This document shows positions 49,380 to 59,289 of a stretch of 64,000 nucleotides of DNA, piece after piece. The DNA lies in contig CBDCOH010000002.1 of NCBI GenBank assembly GCA_965219685.1, positions 2,528,001 through 2,592,000 on the forward strand, read 5' to 3'. Numbering within the stretch: the stretch's first letter is position 1; each line of letters begins with the position of its first letter. This DNA is from Candidatus Spongiisociaceae bacterium (GTDB lineage: Bacteria > Actinomycetota > Acidimicrobiia > Spongiisociales > Spongiisociaceae). A program made the position numbers and the translations under genes. The notes beneath the pieces were generated by a model. It was given only the letters and a program-made list of their open reading frames with translations, had not been told where the DNA came from and searched no databases.

Positions 49380-49681
49380 CGTTCTACGAAAACCTGGATC
49401 GTCCCGCCACACGCCAGCCCGACCTCGAAGGCGTCCTCATCGGCTATGCCATAGGTCACCAGGCGCGGTCGGCCGGATTCCAGGACCCCTTGGGCGTGCA
49501 GGAAGACATCGTTCTCCACGCAGCCGCCACTCACCGATCCCTCCATGTCCCCGGCCGACGATACGAGGAACTTGGCTCCTTCCGGCCGGGGCGCCGACCC
49601 TTTCACCTTCACGACGGTCGCCACTGCGACCTGCTTGCCTTCTCCGGTCCACCGGTCGTAGACCTTCAGCGCATCCTTCAT
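49373..49681 (-). CDS. XdhC/CoxI N-terminal domain protein
   Basis: [12 protein letters not shown]...GSVSGGCVE...VGLACGG. Confidence 0.88.
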   Translation of the reverse strand: MKDALKVYDRWTGEGKQVAVATVVKVKGSAPRPEGAKFLVSSAGDMEGSVSGGCVENDVFLHAQGVLESGRPRLVTYGIADEDAFEVGLACGGTIQVFVERW

Positions 49682-50832
49682 GAAGCCCACGCTCCCCGTT
49701 TCTGTGTTGGTCTAGGTGTAGCAGGTATCGACTCTAGGAGACGAACGACTCCTGCGAGGTCAGTCAAGCGAGCGGCCGGGAGGAAGTCATCCACATGAGG
49801 AAGCGCGGCCTTCAGGCCCCGGGTCTCGGGTGAGTATCCCTCGCGACCCGCCAACGGATTGAGCCAGATCGTCCGGTGTACAGAACGGGCGAATCTGGCC
49901 ATCTCCCGGCTCAGTAACGCCGGGTCGCCGCGGTCCCACCCATCGCTGATGATCATCCCTATCGGGCCACCACGGGCCACCCGCCTGCTCCAGTGCCTGT
50001 TGTAGGTCTCCAGCGCTTCCCCGATCCGGGTTCCCCCCGACCAGTCGTGAACGCTGCCGGCCACCAAGCGCAGCGCCATCGCCGGGTCGCGCCTGCGGAG
50101 TTCGTGGGTGATGCGCGTGAGGCGAGTGGAGAACACGAACGTCTCGACCCGTCCCAACCGGGCCGGCGCGGAATGTGCGAAGTAGAGGAGCATCTCGACG
50201 TACTTCTCCATCGATCCGCTCACGTCGGCGACGATCACCAAGGGCCGGCGCCGCGGCTTGCGTGACCGGAACTCCAGTTCCAACAACTCGCTGCGCGGAC
50301 CCACCGCGTTGCGCAGGGTCCGCCTCATGTCGGGCCGGCGACCACGCGAGTCCGCGACCCACCGCCGGCTCAGCGCCTGTGCCGGCTTCCACACCATCGC
50401 GGCGATCATGCGCCGCACCTCCGAGATCTCGTCCGCGGTGAGCTCACCGAAGTCCCGTGTGCCGAGGCGTTCGCTGTACGACGCGCCCAGCTGCTCGCTG
50501 CTCTCACGGATCTCCTGCTCATCCGTCCCGGCCTCTGGAGCAAGCACCGGGAGGTAGGACTGGACCATCTGGTCGGACTCCGCGTCTGCGGTCGGCGGTC
50601 GGCGGGCACCTCGCCCGAAGAAGAGCTCGAAGGCTTCCTCGAACACCGGCAACTGGTCGGGGCGGGTGACCACCAGGCATCGGAAGCCGGCCCGGATGTC
50701 CCTGACTTCGTCCAGACCGAGCAGGCGCGCCGCGTGGAGCAAGTCCATTCCGGTGGGTGGGGTCACCTCAAGACCCTTGGCTCGGAGGTACCGGCCGAAG
50801 TGGATCACGTTCTGGGCGAATACGCCGGCCAT
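49678..50832 (-). CDS. coxE: CoxE-like VWA protein
   Basis: DVSGSM MIDAS motif, [25 protein letters not shown] and WLNP. Confidence 0.9.
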   Translation of the reverse strand: MAGVFAQNVIHFGRYLRAKGLEVTPPTGMDLLHAARLLGLDEVRDIRAGFRCLVVTRPDQLPVFEEAFELFFGRGARRPPTADAESDQMVQSYLPVLAPEAGTDEQEIRESSEQLGASYSERLGTRDFGELTADEISEVRRMIAAMVWKPAQALSRRWVADSRGRRPDMRRTLRNAVGPRSELLELEFRSRKPRRRPLVIVADVSGSMEKYVEMLLYFAHSAPARLGRVETFVFSTRLTRITHELRRRDPAMALRLVAGSVHDWSGGTRIGEALETYNRHWSRRVARGGPIGMIISDGWDRGDPALLSREMARFARSVHRTIWLNPLAGREGYSPETRGLKAALPHVDDFLPAARLTDLAGVVRLLESIPATPRPTQKRGAWAS

Positions 50833-50850
50833 CAGCGACGGGCCATCAGG

Positions 50851-51735
50851 TCAGCTCGCAGCGATCAGGCGTCCCACACCTCCGGCTCGGACGCGTTCGA
50901 TGTCTTCCTCGTATTTGAGGATCACCCCCAGCGTGTCAGCGGCCGCTTCCGGTGACAGGACCTCGGTACCCAGTACCTGCAGCGCAGCCGCCCAATCCAG
51001 GGTCTCGGCCACTCCCGGCGGCTTGAACAGCTCGAGGTTTCGAAGGCGCTCCATCGCCCGGGCCAGGTCTCCCGCCAGCGCCTCGGCGATGCCGGGCACC
51101 TTGGTCGTTACGATCTCCACCTCGCGCTCGAAGTCCGGGTAGTCGATCCAGTGGTAGATGCAACGCCGCTTCAGTGCGTCGTGGATCTCCCGGGTGCGGT
51201 TGGAGGTGATGACCACGACCGGCGGTTCCTTGGCGGTCACGGTCCCGACCTCGGGGATCGTCACCTGGAAGTCCGACAACAACTCCAGGAGGTAGGCCTC
51301 GAACTCCTCGTCCGCCCGGTCGAGTTCGTCGATGAGCAGTACCGGGCGGGATCCCGAAGCTGACATCTCGACGGCCTCCAGCAGGGGGCGAGCGATCAGG
51401 TACTCGCGGCTCATGATGTCCGAGATGGCCGCGCCGGCGCCTTCACCTCGGGCTTCGATCAACCGGATGGCCAGCATCTGGCGGGCGTAATCCCACTCGT
51501 AGATGGCATGCCCCGCATCGAGGCCCTCGTAGCACTGCAGCCGCAGCAGCCGCTCGCCGAGGATGGCCGAGAGAACCTTCGCGACCTCGGTCTTGCCCAC
51601 ACCGGCCTCCCCCTCGAGAAACAGGGGGCGGCCCAGTTCCAGCGCAAGGTGGATCGTCACCGCCAACGAGCGGTCGGCGATGTATCGCTGCCCGGCGAGC
51701 GCGTCCGCTACCTCATGTACGGTGGTGGGGATCAT
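50851..51735 (-). CDS. coxD: CoxD-like MoxR AAA+ ATPase
   Basis: GEAGVGKT, RLQCYEGLD, LLIDELDRAD and TSNRTREIHDALKRRC. Confidence 0.92.
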   Translation of the reverse strand: MIPTTVHEVADALAGQRYIADRSLAVTIHLALELGRPLFLEGEAGVGKTEVAKVLSAILGERLLRLQCYEGLDAGHAIYEWDYARQMLAIRLIEARGEGAGAAISDIMSREYLIARPLLEAVEMSASGSRPVLLIDELDRADEEFEAYLLELLSDFQVTIPEVGTVTAKEPPVVVITSNRTREIHDALKRRCIYHWIDYPDFEREVEIVTTKVPGIAEALAGDLARAMERLRNLELFKPPGVAETLDWAAALQVLGTEVLSPEAAADTLGVILKYEEDIERVRAGGVGRLIAAS

Positions 51736-51801
51736 CGAGGGCAGGATACACGCACCGACCGTTGATCAACCATGCCGTTCCGGAAGCTGGAAAGCGTGCC
51801 C

Positions 51802-52032
51802 CTATCCGGACCGATGGACCACCGTGACGCCTCTTGGGCTCACGAGTTCAACCTCGATCGAGCCCACATCCGACTCATGGATGTCCAGCATCAGCGCTAT
51901 CGCCTCGCGAGCAGTGGATTCGACCTGCTCGCGACGCCTGGCCTGTGAGAACACGCCGGCCAACTCAGCAACCGTGATCGCCCACCAGTCGCCGGACCGT
52001 TCGGCGACAACATGGTAAGTGGCCGGGCTCAT
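51802..52032 (-). CDS. hicB: HicB-family antitoxin (short form)
   Basis: YHVVAERSGDWWAITVAELAGVFSQA...AREAIALML; ATG overlaps the hicA stop (ATGA). Confidence 0.78.
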   Translation of the reverse strand: MSPATYHVVAERSGDWWAITVAELAGVFSQARRREQVESTAREAIALMLDIHESDVGSIEVELVSPRGVTVVHRSG

Positions 52033-52230
52033 TTGGGTAACACCTCTTCGACCCTCCTGATGATCCCCTCCGCCGTACGTTCGTTGATGTCTCTGTGCCG
52101 TGGAATTACGAGCCGAGCACTCGAGAACCTCCAGATCTCGTGGCTGCCACCCTCGCGGATGAACTCCAACTCGACCCCCCGCCTCCTTGGCGATGACACG
52201 AAGTCGCTTGATGAGCGCACGCTTCTTCAT
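52029..52230 (-). pseudogene. hicA: HicA-family toxin with a +1 frameshift in a G6 run
   Basis: MKKRALIKRLRVIAKEAG, then a shifted frame VELEFIREGGSHEIW...IPRHRDINERTAEGII. Removing one G at 52175-52180 gives a 66-aa HicA. Confidence 0.8.
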
Positions 52231-52338
52231 GCCTCAGGGTCTCAGGTCCCCTCTCGATAGTCAAGGGTCCTGTTCAGTGACTCTCCTTCCCACATGACCG
52301 CATGGGTAGCCGTACAGGAGGATGGACGAGGACTCTCC

Positions 52339-52387
52339 AAAAGGGGAGAACCGGACGCCCTGTGGGGTGAGGGGCGGCCGGTTCTCC
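52339..52387 (-). terminator. Intrinsic terminator after coxM
   Basis: GGAGAACCGG...CCGGTTCTCC stem followed by a short U run on the minus strand. Confidence 0.65.
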
Positions 52388-52422
52388 TATTTGGCTGTGT
52401 TGTCTTCGGTTGTGCCGGGCGT

Positions 52423-53289
52423 CTAGCCGGCTGCGGCCAGGGCCGCTTTGATCGCGCGGGCTGCGAACAGCTGCGCCAAGTGGGTCTTGTAGTCGACCGA
52501 CCCGTACAGATCCTCCAGCACCTCGATCCCGGATGCCGCATGAGCAGCCGCCGCCTCTACAGCAGCGTCGGAACCGTCGGATCCGACCAGCGCGCCGGCA
52601 ACGTCGCCCGCCAGAACCGGGCGGTTGCCCACCCCGGTCACGGCAACGGTGGCCGCGCTGACAGAGCCGTTCGACCTCGTGACCGAAGCAGCGACACCCG
52701 CCACCGCGTAATCGGTATGACCACCCCGGCGGCCCAGCTTGTCGTAAGCCGAACCCGTACCGGCTCCAACCTTGGGAATCCGCATCTCCGTGAGGATCTC
52801 GTCGGGCTCCAGCGCGGACATCAACGTGTCCACAAAGAAATCCGCCGCCGCGATCTCCCGCGTGCCACCAGACGACGACGCCACCATCGTGGCGCCCAGC
52901 GCAAGCGCCGCGACCGGCTGGTCCGCCGCCACATCGGCATGGACCATCGACCCGCAACACGTACCCCGGTTGCGGACCTGGCGGTCGCCCGTCCAGGACG
53001 CAGCCGTGGCCAACGCCGCGCCGTGCTCTTGGACCAAGCCACTGGCCGCAACCTCGCCGTGCGTCACCAGCGCACCGATCGAGATGGAATCACCATTGTC
53101 GGTGATGTCACCCAACCCGCCGATGCCGCCGATGTCCACCACCATCTCGGGGGACAGCAGCCGCAGCTTCATCATCGGCAGCAGGCTCATGCCCCCGGCC
53201 AGCACCTTGGCGCCCGGATTGGCATCGAGAGCAGCCAGCGCCTCGTCCAAGCTGGAGGGCGCTACGTACTCGAACTGTCGTGGATACAT
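52423..53289 (-). CDS. coxM: Xanthine dehydrogenase family FAD-binding medium subunit
   Basis: LAGGMSLLPMMKLR, QVRNRGTCCGS and FFVDTLMSAL. Confidence 0.92.
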   Translation of the reverse strand: MYPRQFEYVAPSSLDEALAALDANPGAKVLAGGMSLLPMMKLRLLSPEMVVDIGGIGGLGDITDNGDSISIGALVTHGEVAASGLVQEHGAALATAASWTGDRQVRNRGTCCGSMVHADVAADQPVAALALGATMVASSSGGTREIAAADFFVDTLMSALEPDEILTEMRIPKVGAGTGSAYDKLGRRGGHTDYAVAGVAASVTRSNGSVSAATVAVTGVGNRPVLAGDVAGALVGSDGSDAAVEAAAAHAASGIEVLEDLYGSVDYKTHLAQLFAARAIKAALAAAG

Positions 53290-53302
53290 GGGCTCCTCCT
53301 CC

Positions 53303-55678
53303 CTACGCCTGCGCGGCCTGGATCGCCTGCCAGACCCGTTGAGGCCGTAACGGCATGTCGATATGGGTCACACCCAACGACTCCAAGGCGTCCACCACCG
53401 CGTTGACAACCGTCTGCGCGGCGCCGATGGTGCCCGCCTCGCCGATGCCCTTGACACCGAGCGGGTTGATGTCGGTAGGCGTCACCGTCCGGCCCAACTC
53501 GAACGAAGGCAGGTCGACCGCAGTGGGCAGGATGTAGTCCACCAGCGAAGCCGTGAGCAGATTCCCGTCCATGTCGTAGACCGCATCCTCGAACATGGCC
53601 TGGCCGACGCCCTGGGCGATACCCCCGTGGATCTGACCGTCCACGATCATCGGGCTGATCACATTCCCGCAGTCGTCCATCCCGATGTAACGCAGGAGCT
53701 TCACATCCCCCGTATCCGGATCCACCTCTACCATGGCGATATGCGTCCCGAACGGCCAGGTGGCATTACCGGGACTGAAGATGGCATGCGCCTCCAAGCC
53801 ACCCTCCAGACCATCCGGCAGGAGATGAGGCTGGTAGGCCGTCTTGGCGATCTCGTCCCAGCTCACCGAGCTGTCGGTCCCGACCACCTGGGCGCCGCCG
53901 TCGGCGAACTCGATGTCGTCCTCCGACGCTTCGAGCAGGTGGGCCGCGATTCTGGCGGCCTTGGCCTGAACCTTCTGAGTGGCCTCGTAGCAGGCGGAGC
54001 CATCCACCGCTGCGGACCTGGACCCGAAAGTGCCGATGCTGGGAGGGGACTCCTCGGTGTCGCCGTGGATGACCCGGATCCTGTCGACATCCATTCCGAG
54101 GCCGTCCCCGACTATCTGTGCCCAGGTCGTCTGGTGACCCTGGCCGGACGGACCCGTGCCGATGGAGACGGTGGCTGAACCGTCCGGGTGCACCCGGACC
54201 AGGCTCGAACCGTTGAATGCCGACGGCATCTGGTACTCGGCCCACGAGAAGCCTAGGTCTACGAGGCCCGAAGGTCCGAAACCACACACCTCGACGTAGG
54301 TTGCGAGACCGACCCCTACATGTCGACCCTCGGCGCGAGCGGCATCCCGCTCGGCCAGCAGGCCGGACCAGCCGGCCGACTCGAGGGCCGCATCCAGGTT
54401 GGTCTCATAGTCCCCGGTGTCCATGGCGAAGCCCATGGGCGACACCGCGGCGGGGAAGTCTGAAGCCGGTATGTAGTTCTTGCGCCGAACCTCGGCCGGG
54501 TCCATCCCGATCTTCCTCGCGTACATGTCGAGGATCCGCTCCAGGTAGTAGGCGGCCTCCGGACGGCCCGCGCCCCGGTAGGCGTCGGTGGTCATGGTAT
54601 GGGTCACCACGCAGTCCATCTTCCAGTGGGTGGGGAAGGAGTACTGGCCCGACCCCACGAACACCCCGAGGAACGGGATGGCAACGGTGAAGTTCTGCGA
54701 GTAGGCACCCATATCGGCGATGCCTTCCAACTCGAATCCGAGAATCTCACCGTCCGTCGTACCGGTCATGGTGGCGGTGGCGATCCAACCGCGTCCCTGG
54801 ATGGTCGAGTTGGCCGCCTCGCGGCGGGTCTCGGTCCACTTGACCGGGCATCCCAGTTGCTTGGAGGCGAAGGCCACGAGGACCTCGTCGTTGTATACGT
54901 TGAGCTTGCAGCCGAAACCGCCTCCCACCTCCATCGCCTTGACGGTCACCTGGTTGAGCGCCATGCCGAAGTACTTGCCGATGGCGCCGGCCAGAGCCGA
55001 CGGGATCTGGGTGGACGAGTAGATGTCGAAGCGCCCGTAACCGATCTGGTAGTCGGCGAGGACGGAGCGAGGCTCGATGGGCACCGGGATGAGCCGCTGG
55101 TTGGTCATCTCCTGGGTGACGACCACCACATCGTCCCTGGACTTCTCGGCATCGATGCCAGCCTGCACAGCCGCCAAGCCGTCGGCGTCGGCGCCGAAAG
55201 GACCGGTCCAGGAAACCAGGGTGTTCGAACCGAGATCGTCGTGGACCAGCATCTCGTCGCTCAACGAGTGCTTCAGGTCCACGACCGCCGCCAGGGCGTC
55301 GTAGTCGACATCCACCGCATCGGCGGCGTCACGGGCAATGTACGGGTCCTCCGCCACCACCATGGCCACCGCTTCGCCGACATGTTTCACAGTGCCGTTG
55401 TTGAGCAGCGGCCGCAGAGCCCCGACCGGTGCCTGGGCTACCAGCAGCCCTAGGTGCTCGACATCGGCTCCCGTATAGACGGCCAGCACGCCGTCCATGG
55501 ATTCGGCTGCGGACGTGTCGACCGAAAGAACGTTGGCGTGAGCGAACGGGCTCCGGACGAAAGCCGCATGGGCAGTACCGGCCAGCTTCACATCGTCGGT
55601 GTAGCGACCGCCGCCCTGGATCAGCGCAGGATCCTCACGGCGCCTTACGACACCGCCAAGCACACTCGTTGAGCTCAT
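53303..55678 (-). CDS. coxL: Molybdopterin-binding large subunit, form II CoxL-like
   Basis: [18 protein letters not shown], active-site loop AYRGAGR, GQGHQT, GTFGSRS and KGIGEAG. Confidence 0.92.
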   Translation of the reverse strand: MSSTSVLGGVVRRREDPALIQGGGRYTDDVKLAGTAHAAFVRSPFAHANVLSVDTSAAESMDGVLAVYTGADVEHLGLLVAQAPVGALRPLLNNGTVKHVGEAVAMVVAEDPYIARDAADAVDVDYDALAAVVDLKHSLSDEMLVHDDLGSNTLVSWTGPFGADADGLAAVQAGIDAEKSRDDVVVVTQEMTNQRLIPVPIEPRSVLADYQIGYGRFDIYSSTQIPSALAGAIGKYFGMALNQVTVKAMEVGGGFGCKLNVYNDEVLVAFASKQLGCPVKWTETRREAANSTIQGRGWIATATMTGTTDGEILGFELEGIADMGAYSQNFTVAIPFLGVFVGSGQYSFPTHWKMDCVVTHTMTTDAYRGAGRPEAAYYLERILDMYARKIGMDPAEVRRKNYIPASDFPAAVSPMGFAMDTGDYETNLDAALESAGWSGLLAERDAARAEGRHVGVGLATYVEVCGFGPSGLVDLGFSWAEYQMPSAFNGSSLVRVHPDGSATVSIGTGPSGQGHQTTWAQIVGDGLGMDVDRIRVIHGDTEESPPSIGTFGSRSAAVDGSACYEATQKVQAKAARIAAHLLEASEDDIEFADGGAQVVGTDSSVSWDEIAKTAYQPHLLPDGLEGGLEAHAIFSPGNATWPFGTHIAMVEVDPDTGDVKLLRYIGMDDCGNVISPMIVDGQIHGGIAQGVGQAMFEDAVYDMDGNLLTASLVDYILPTAVDLPSFELGRTVTPTDINPLGVKGIGEAGTIGAAQTVVNAVVDALESLGVTHIDMPLRPQRVWQAIQAAQA

Positions 55679-56172
55679 GCGTTCTCCCATTCCGCCGGGG
55701 CGGGTTCTTCGCCGCGCATCTTGGCGCCGGCGTACTCGATCGCCCGCACGATGTTGTGGTACCCGGTGCAGCGGCAGAGGTTGCCCTCGATGCCGCGCCG
55801 GATTTCCTCTTCTGAAGGATCGGCATTCTCTTCGAGGAGGGTCACCGCCGACATGATCATGCCCGGGGTGCAGAATCCGCACTGGAGACCGTGACGTTCC
55901 CAGAACCCCTCCTGAACCGGATGCAACTCGCCGTTCTGGGCGAGGCCTTCGACAGTGGTGACGTCGGCGCCCTCGGCCTGGACGGCCAGCATGGTGCAGG
56001 AGAGAACCGCCTTACCGTCCAACTTGACGGTACAGGCGCCGCAGTATGAGGTCTCGCACCCCACATGGGTCCCCGTCAACCGCAGATCCTCTCGTAAGAA
56101 ATGGACGAGCAGGGTACGGGGCTCCACATCCCCCGAGACCTGCCGCCCGTTGACCGACATGGATACCTGCAT
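55675..56172 (-). CDS. coxS: [2Fe-2S] small subunit
   Basis: [18 protein letters not shown] and GNLCRCTGY. Confidence 0.95.
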   Translation of the reverse strand: MQVSMSVNGRQVSGDVEPRTLLVHFLREDLRLTGTHVGCETSYCGACTVKLDGKAVLSCTMLAVQAEGADVTTVEGLAQNGELHPVQEGFWERHGLQCGFCTPGMIMSAVTLLEENADPSEEEIRRGIEGNLCRCTGYHNIVRAIEYAGAKMRGEEPAPAEWENA

Positions 56173-56491
56173 ACAGGGTCTCCTTTCGACGCGGGTCGCT
56201 GTCCCGAAACTATCAAAATGCCGAACGCCCTGTCGGGACCAGGCGCCGGTTTCCTTTCCACCGGCCCGGGCTCGAAGCTCGGGCCTCCTGCTTCCGGTTT
56301 AGAGAACCGCCGGCCTCAGGGGCCGGACTGCCGACATGTCGAACGTGTCCGGCCGTTGTGCCGACGATAGCCGAAGTCGAGGCACCGCACCCCGTCCAGG
56401 AAGGCAAATCCGACGGAGCAAGGCCGGACGATTGGCCGCGGTCCCCTCTCGTCCACATACCCACCCTGATGGCATCGGACCGGCCAGGGAA

Positions 56492-57364
56492 TCAGTTCCC
56501 GGCTCGGATGACCTCGGACGCTATGCGCTCGGCGATCTGGTATTGCTCCGGGCGGGGCTGATCGAGGATGAACTCGTTGACACCCACCTCCGAGAACATA
56601 CCGACCACCTCGGAAAAAGCGTCAAGACTCGACCATGGGTCGGGTAGGCCGCTGGAGGCCATCGCCGAGGCCCATCCGTAAAGGGATCGGGTGATCTCCT
56701 CGGGATCTCGGCCGATCTCGAGACATGCCCGATCCAGTATCCGGTTTCGCTCCGCCATCTCCCGGACGGTCCCGGTCGAGTTCCACCGGTCCGCGTACTC
56801 TGCGCAGATCCTGAGCATGCGGGGTCGGTGGGCGCCGAGCGTCAGTGGTGGCCGGGGAGACTGGAGGGGCGGTGGGCGCAGTTGCGCGTCTTCGAGCCGG
56901 TAATAGCGACCTTCGTATGTGGTGATCCGGCCGCGCGCCAGCGAATCGATGACTTCGACCGCCTCCCTGAACCTGGCCACCCGCACAGGCGGGTCCTCCA
57001 ACGGTATGCCGAACCGCTGGTGTTCCGGCTCGAACCACCCGGCCCCCAGACCCAACTCCAGGCGTCCCTCCGAGATGTGGTCGATGGTGATGGCCTGCTG
57101 GGCGACGAGCGCCGGGTGCCGGAAGGTGTTGCTGCTGACCAGCACCCCCACCCTGATCCTCTCGGTCTCGGCGGCCAGCGCAGCCAGAAGGGTCCATCCT
57201 TCGAAGTAGGGACTGGAAGGGTTGCTGGGCCGAACGAAGTGGTCACAATCCCAGATACTGTCGAACCCCAACTCCTCGAAGTAGCGCCACCGCTCCGCCA
57301 TGACGGGATACGGTGCAGTCTGATCAGTACAGATCCCGAAGCGTATGCCCGTGTCCGTCACCAC
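56492..57364 (-). CDS. LLM-class (luciferase-like, possibly F420-dependent) oxidoreductase
   Basis: GFDSIWDCDHF, EGWTLLAALA, FRHPAL and DHISEGRLELGLGAGW. Confidence 0.9.
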   Translation of the reverse strand: MVTDTGIRFGICTDQTAPYPVMAERWRYFEELGFDSIWDCDHFVRPSNPSSPYFEGWTLLAALAAETERIRVGVLVSSNTFRHPALVAQQAITIDHISEGRLELGLGAGWFEPEHQRFGIPLEDPPVRVARFREAVEVIDSLARGRITTYEGRYYRLEDAQLRPPPLQSPRPPLTLGAHRPRMLRICAEYADRWNSTGTVREMAERNRILDRACLEIGRDPEEITRSLYGWASAMASSGLPDPWSSLDAFSEVVGMFSEVGVNEFILDQPRPEQYQIAERIASEVIRAGN

Positions 57365-57468
57365 TTACAAAGCCCCTCTCTCCTGTGGGACGCGAGGATA
57401 GACAGGCAGGATCATCAACTGCGGCGGCTCAAACCCGTCGCTGTGGTCCGGTTTCGAGCACGACGACG

Positions 57469-57527
57469 AAAAGAGCGGGCCATCCCCCACCGGACCGATC
57501 ACGATCGGTTGGTGGTGAACGGCCCGC
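57469..57527 (-). terminator. Probable terminator hairpin downstream of the DUF378 gene
   Basis: GCGGGCC...GGCCCGC outer stem with inner ACCGATC/GATCGGT, then UCUUUU on the minus strand. Confidence 0.55.
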
Positions 57528-57555
57528 AGCCGTTTCGGTCCAACGGACCCTTTGC

Positions 57556-57753
57556 TTACCCGAGGGCGAAGAAGGCAAGCACGCCGGCGATGCCGACGAT
57601 CACGTAGAGGATCCTGGAGATGGCGTTCGTCTCCCCGAACTTACCGGCCGTGGTAATGGCCGCCACCAGATCGAATCCGAACAACCCGACCAAACCCCAG
57701 TTGATGGCGCCGATCGCCGCCAGCACTACCCCAATGTTCACAAGGGCGTCCAT
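57556..57753 (-). CDS. DUF378 small membrane protein
   Basis: IGAINWGLVGLFGFDLVAAI...SRILYVIVGIAG; SD AAGGAGG. Confidence 0.9.
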   Translation of the reverse strand: MDALVNIGVVLAAIGAINWGLVGLFGFDLVAAITTAGKFGETNAISRILYVIVGIAGVLAFFALG

Positions 57754-58061
57754 CGTTCCTCCTTGTCGAGATGACCGAGCAAGTAGCTCACTTTTGTCAG
57801 ACTAGCGACACCCCGACCCTATGTCGGCAGAAACCCGGATTTGATTCAGGGGAGGCTGTGGCGTGAGCGTCTGATCAGCCCTGCAACCAGAGGTGGGTAG
57901 CCGGAAGCCGGTAGCTGATGATCAATGGTTGGCGTGAGATCGGGTCATTGTCCAGCCTTGGAAGCGCTGTCCGGGTTTCACGTCGTGCCGGGAAGTGCCT
58001 CACATACAGAAGATTGGGAACCCGCGGCAAAGAGTGTTGCCATCGCCAACCTGTTGGCCGT

Positions 58062-58580
58062 TCACAGTTCCTGCCATCGCCTTCCGTCGTTCGGTCCGCG
58101 CTCTTGGACCTGATCCGCCAGCGCCTCTATTAGATCATCCTGAACCTCGGTCAGGTAGACGAGGAGCGCCATCTCGGGCTGAGGTCTACGGCGGTCCCCG
58201 ATCCCAGTCCCCCACCCTTCCTCCTCGATCCCGAGCCGGGCAGCCAGCACCAGCCGGGTCTCGTTGATGACCATCAACCAGGAGTCGGCCTCGGCAGGGT
58301 CGAGTCGCACCGAACCGCGGCGGGCAGCTTCGAGCGACGATGCAACCACGGCCCGGTCCAGCCTCCGGTGCTTGTCCAGTTCCGGATCCATGAGCCGTCC
58401 GTATTCGGCCTGAGCTTCTCGATCCTCCGGATAAGCCGCCACCGACAGGCGCTCTACGGCGGGATCCCCGTCGCCGCTCCCGACTGACGAGAGCACCGGC
58501 ATCATCAGGGCGAGCGCGTCGACCTCCTCGCCGCGAAGTTTCAACTCGATGCCACCGGACCGCGGGCGGAAGCGCCTCAT
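58062..58580 (-). CDS. DUF2017-family protein
   Basis: DPAVERL...AYPED...WLMVINETRLVLAARLGI...YLTEVQDDL; downstream of clpS, as is usual in actinobacteria. Confidence 0.8.
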   Translation of the reverse strand: MRRFRPRSGGIELKLRGEEVDALALMMPVLSSVGSGDGDPAVERLSVAAYPEDREAQAEYGRLMDPELDKHRRLDRAVVASSLEAARRGSVRLDPAEADSWLMVINETRLVLAARLGIEEEGWGTGIGDRRRPQPEMALLVYLTEVQDDLIEALADQVQERGPNDGRRWQEL

Positions 58581-58903
58581 CAGGCCCGCTCGATGGTGGC
58601 CCAGAGGGAGTGGCGATGCAGGGTGTAGCAGTCGATCTCCGCCTTCTCCCGGGGAGCGGTGTTGACCACCGACCGTCCCTCATGGTGGACTTCCAGCATG
58701 AGGCGGGTTGCCTTCTCCTCGGAGAATCCGAACACCTTCCGGAATACCAGAACCACGTAGGACATCAGGTTTACAGGATCGTTCCAGACCACCACGTTCC
58801 ACCCTCGATCGAGGTCCACCTTCTCATCGGTCTCCGGCAGATCGATGATCCCGGGCAGGACCGTTGACTGCGCGAAGGGATTTGTCGCGGAAGGCACGTT
58901 CAT
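58580..58903 (-). CDS. clpS: ATP-dependent Clp protease adaptor ClpS
   Basis: WNVVVWNDPVNLMSYV...LMLEVHHEGRSVV...LWATI. Confidence 0.93.
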   Translation of the reverse strand: MNVPSATNPFAQSTVLPGIIDLPETDEKVDLDRGWNVVVWNDPVNLMSYVVLVFRKVFGFSEEKATRLMLEVHHEGRSVVNTAPREKAEIDCYTLHRHSLWATIERA

Positions 58904-58989
58904 GTTCCTAGGGTATTCGCAAGCCCGGTTCAAGGCTTCGGATTGCGAACCCCTTGCCGGGAGCGTCCTGATCGGGCACCTTGTGGGGC

Positions 58990-59229
58990 ATGAGCAATCC
59001 ACATACCCATGACCCATCCATCCATACGGCTACGGCTCCCATGCGCCGCACCCTGAGGGAGTCCCTGATCGAAGCCGAGCAGTTGCGGCATCCGGTCCGG
59101 CTGGTGACAGCCGGCGGCCGCTCGGTGACCGGGGTCCTGACCGAGGTCGGGATCGACTTCGCCGAGGTACAGACCGAAGACCGCCCGGTCGACATAGCCC
59201 TCTTCTACATCGAGAGCGTCTCGTGGTGA
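58990..59229 (+). CDS. Small hypothetical protein, predicted Sm-like beta-barrel
   Basis: Helix, then VRLVTAGGRSVTGVLTEVGIDFAEV...VDIALFYIESV. Confidence 0.6.
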   Translation: MSNPHTHDPSIHTATAPMRRTLRESLIEAEQLRHPVRLVTAGGRSVTGVLTEVGIDFAEVQTEDRPVDIALFYIESVSW

Positions 59230-59289
59230 GGAAACCCACGCACGAGTCGGTACCCCCTTATGCCACAACCGGGACAGTCCTGCCGGGCG

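Noticed and set aside
48594-49690. Split xdhC as a frameshift pseudogene
   Set aside because: Both parts have their own starts, overlap in a coupled manner and end at domain boundaries. Split XdhC/CoxI arrangements are common.
57893-57920. Short TAGCCGG-like heptamer run
   Set aside because: Only two to three degenerate units and not next to a confident stop codon, so it was not counted with the arrays.
57918-58030. GKCLTYRRL resembling an IS1595-family transposase C-terminus
   Set aside because: Only a few residues match. No catalytic domain or terminal repeats are recognisable.
5267-58903. aat and clpS as a linked N-degron locus
   Set aside because: Same pathway, but more than 50 kb apart with unrelated genes between, so there is no evidence of clustering.
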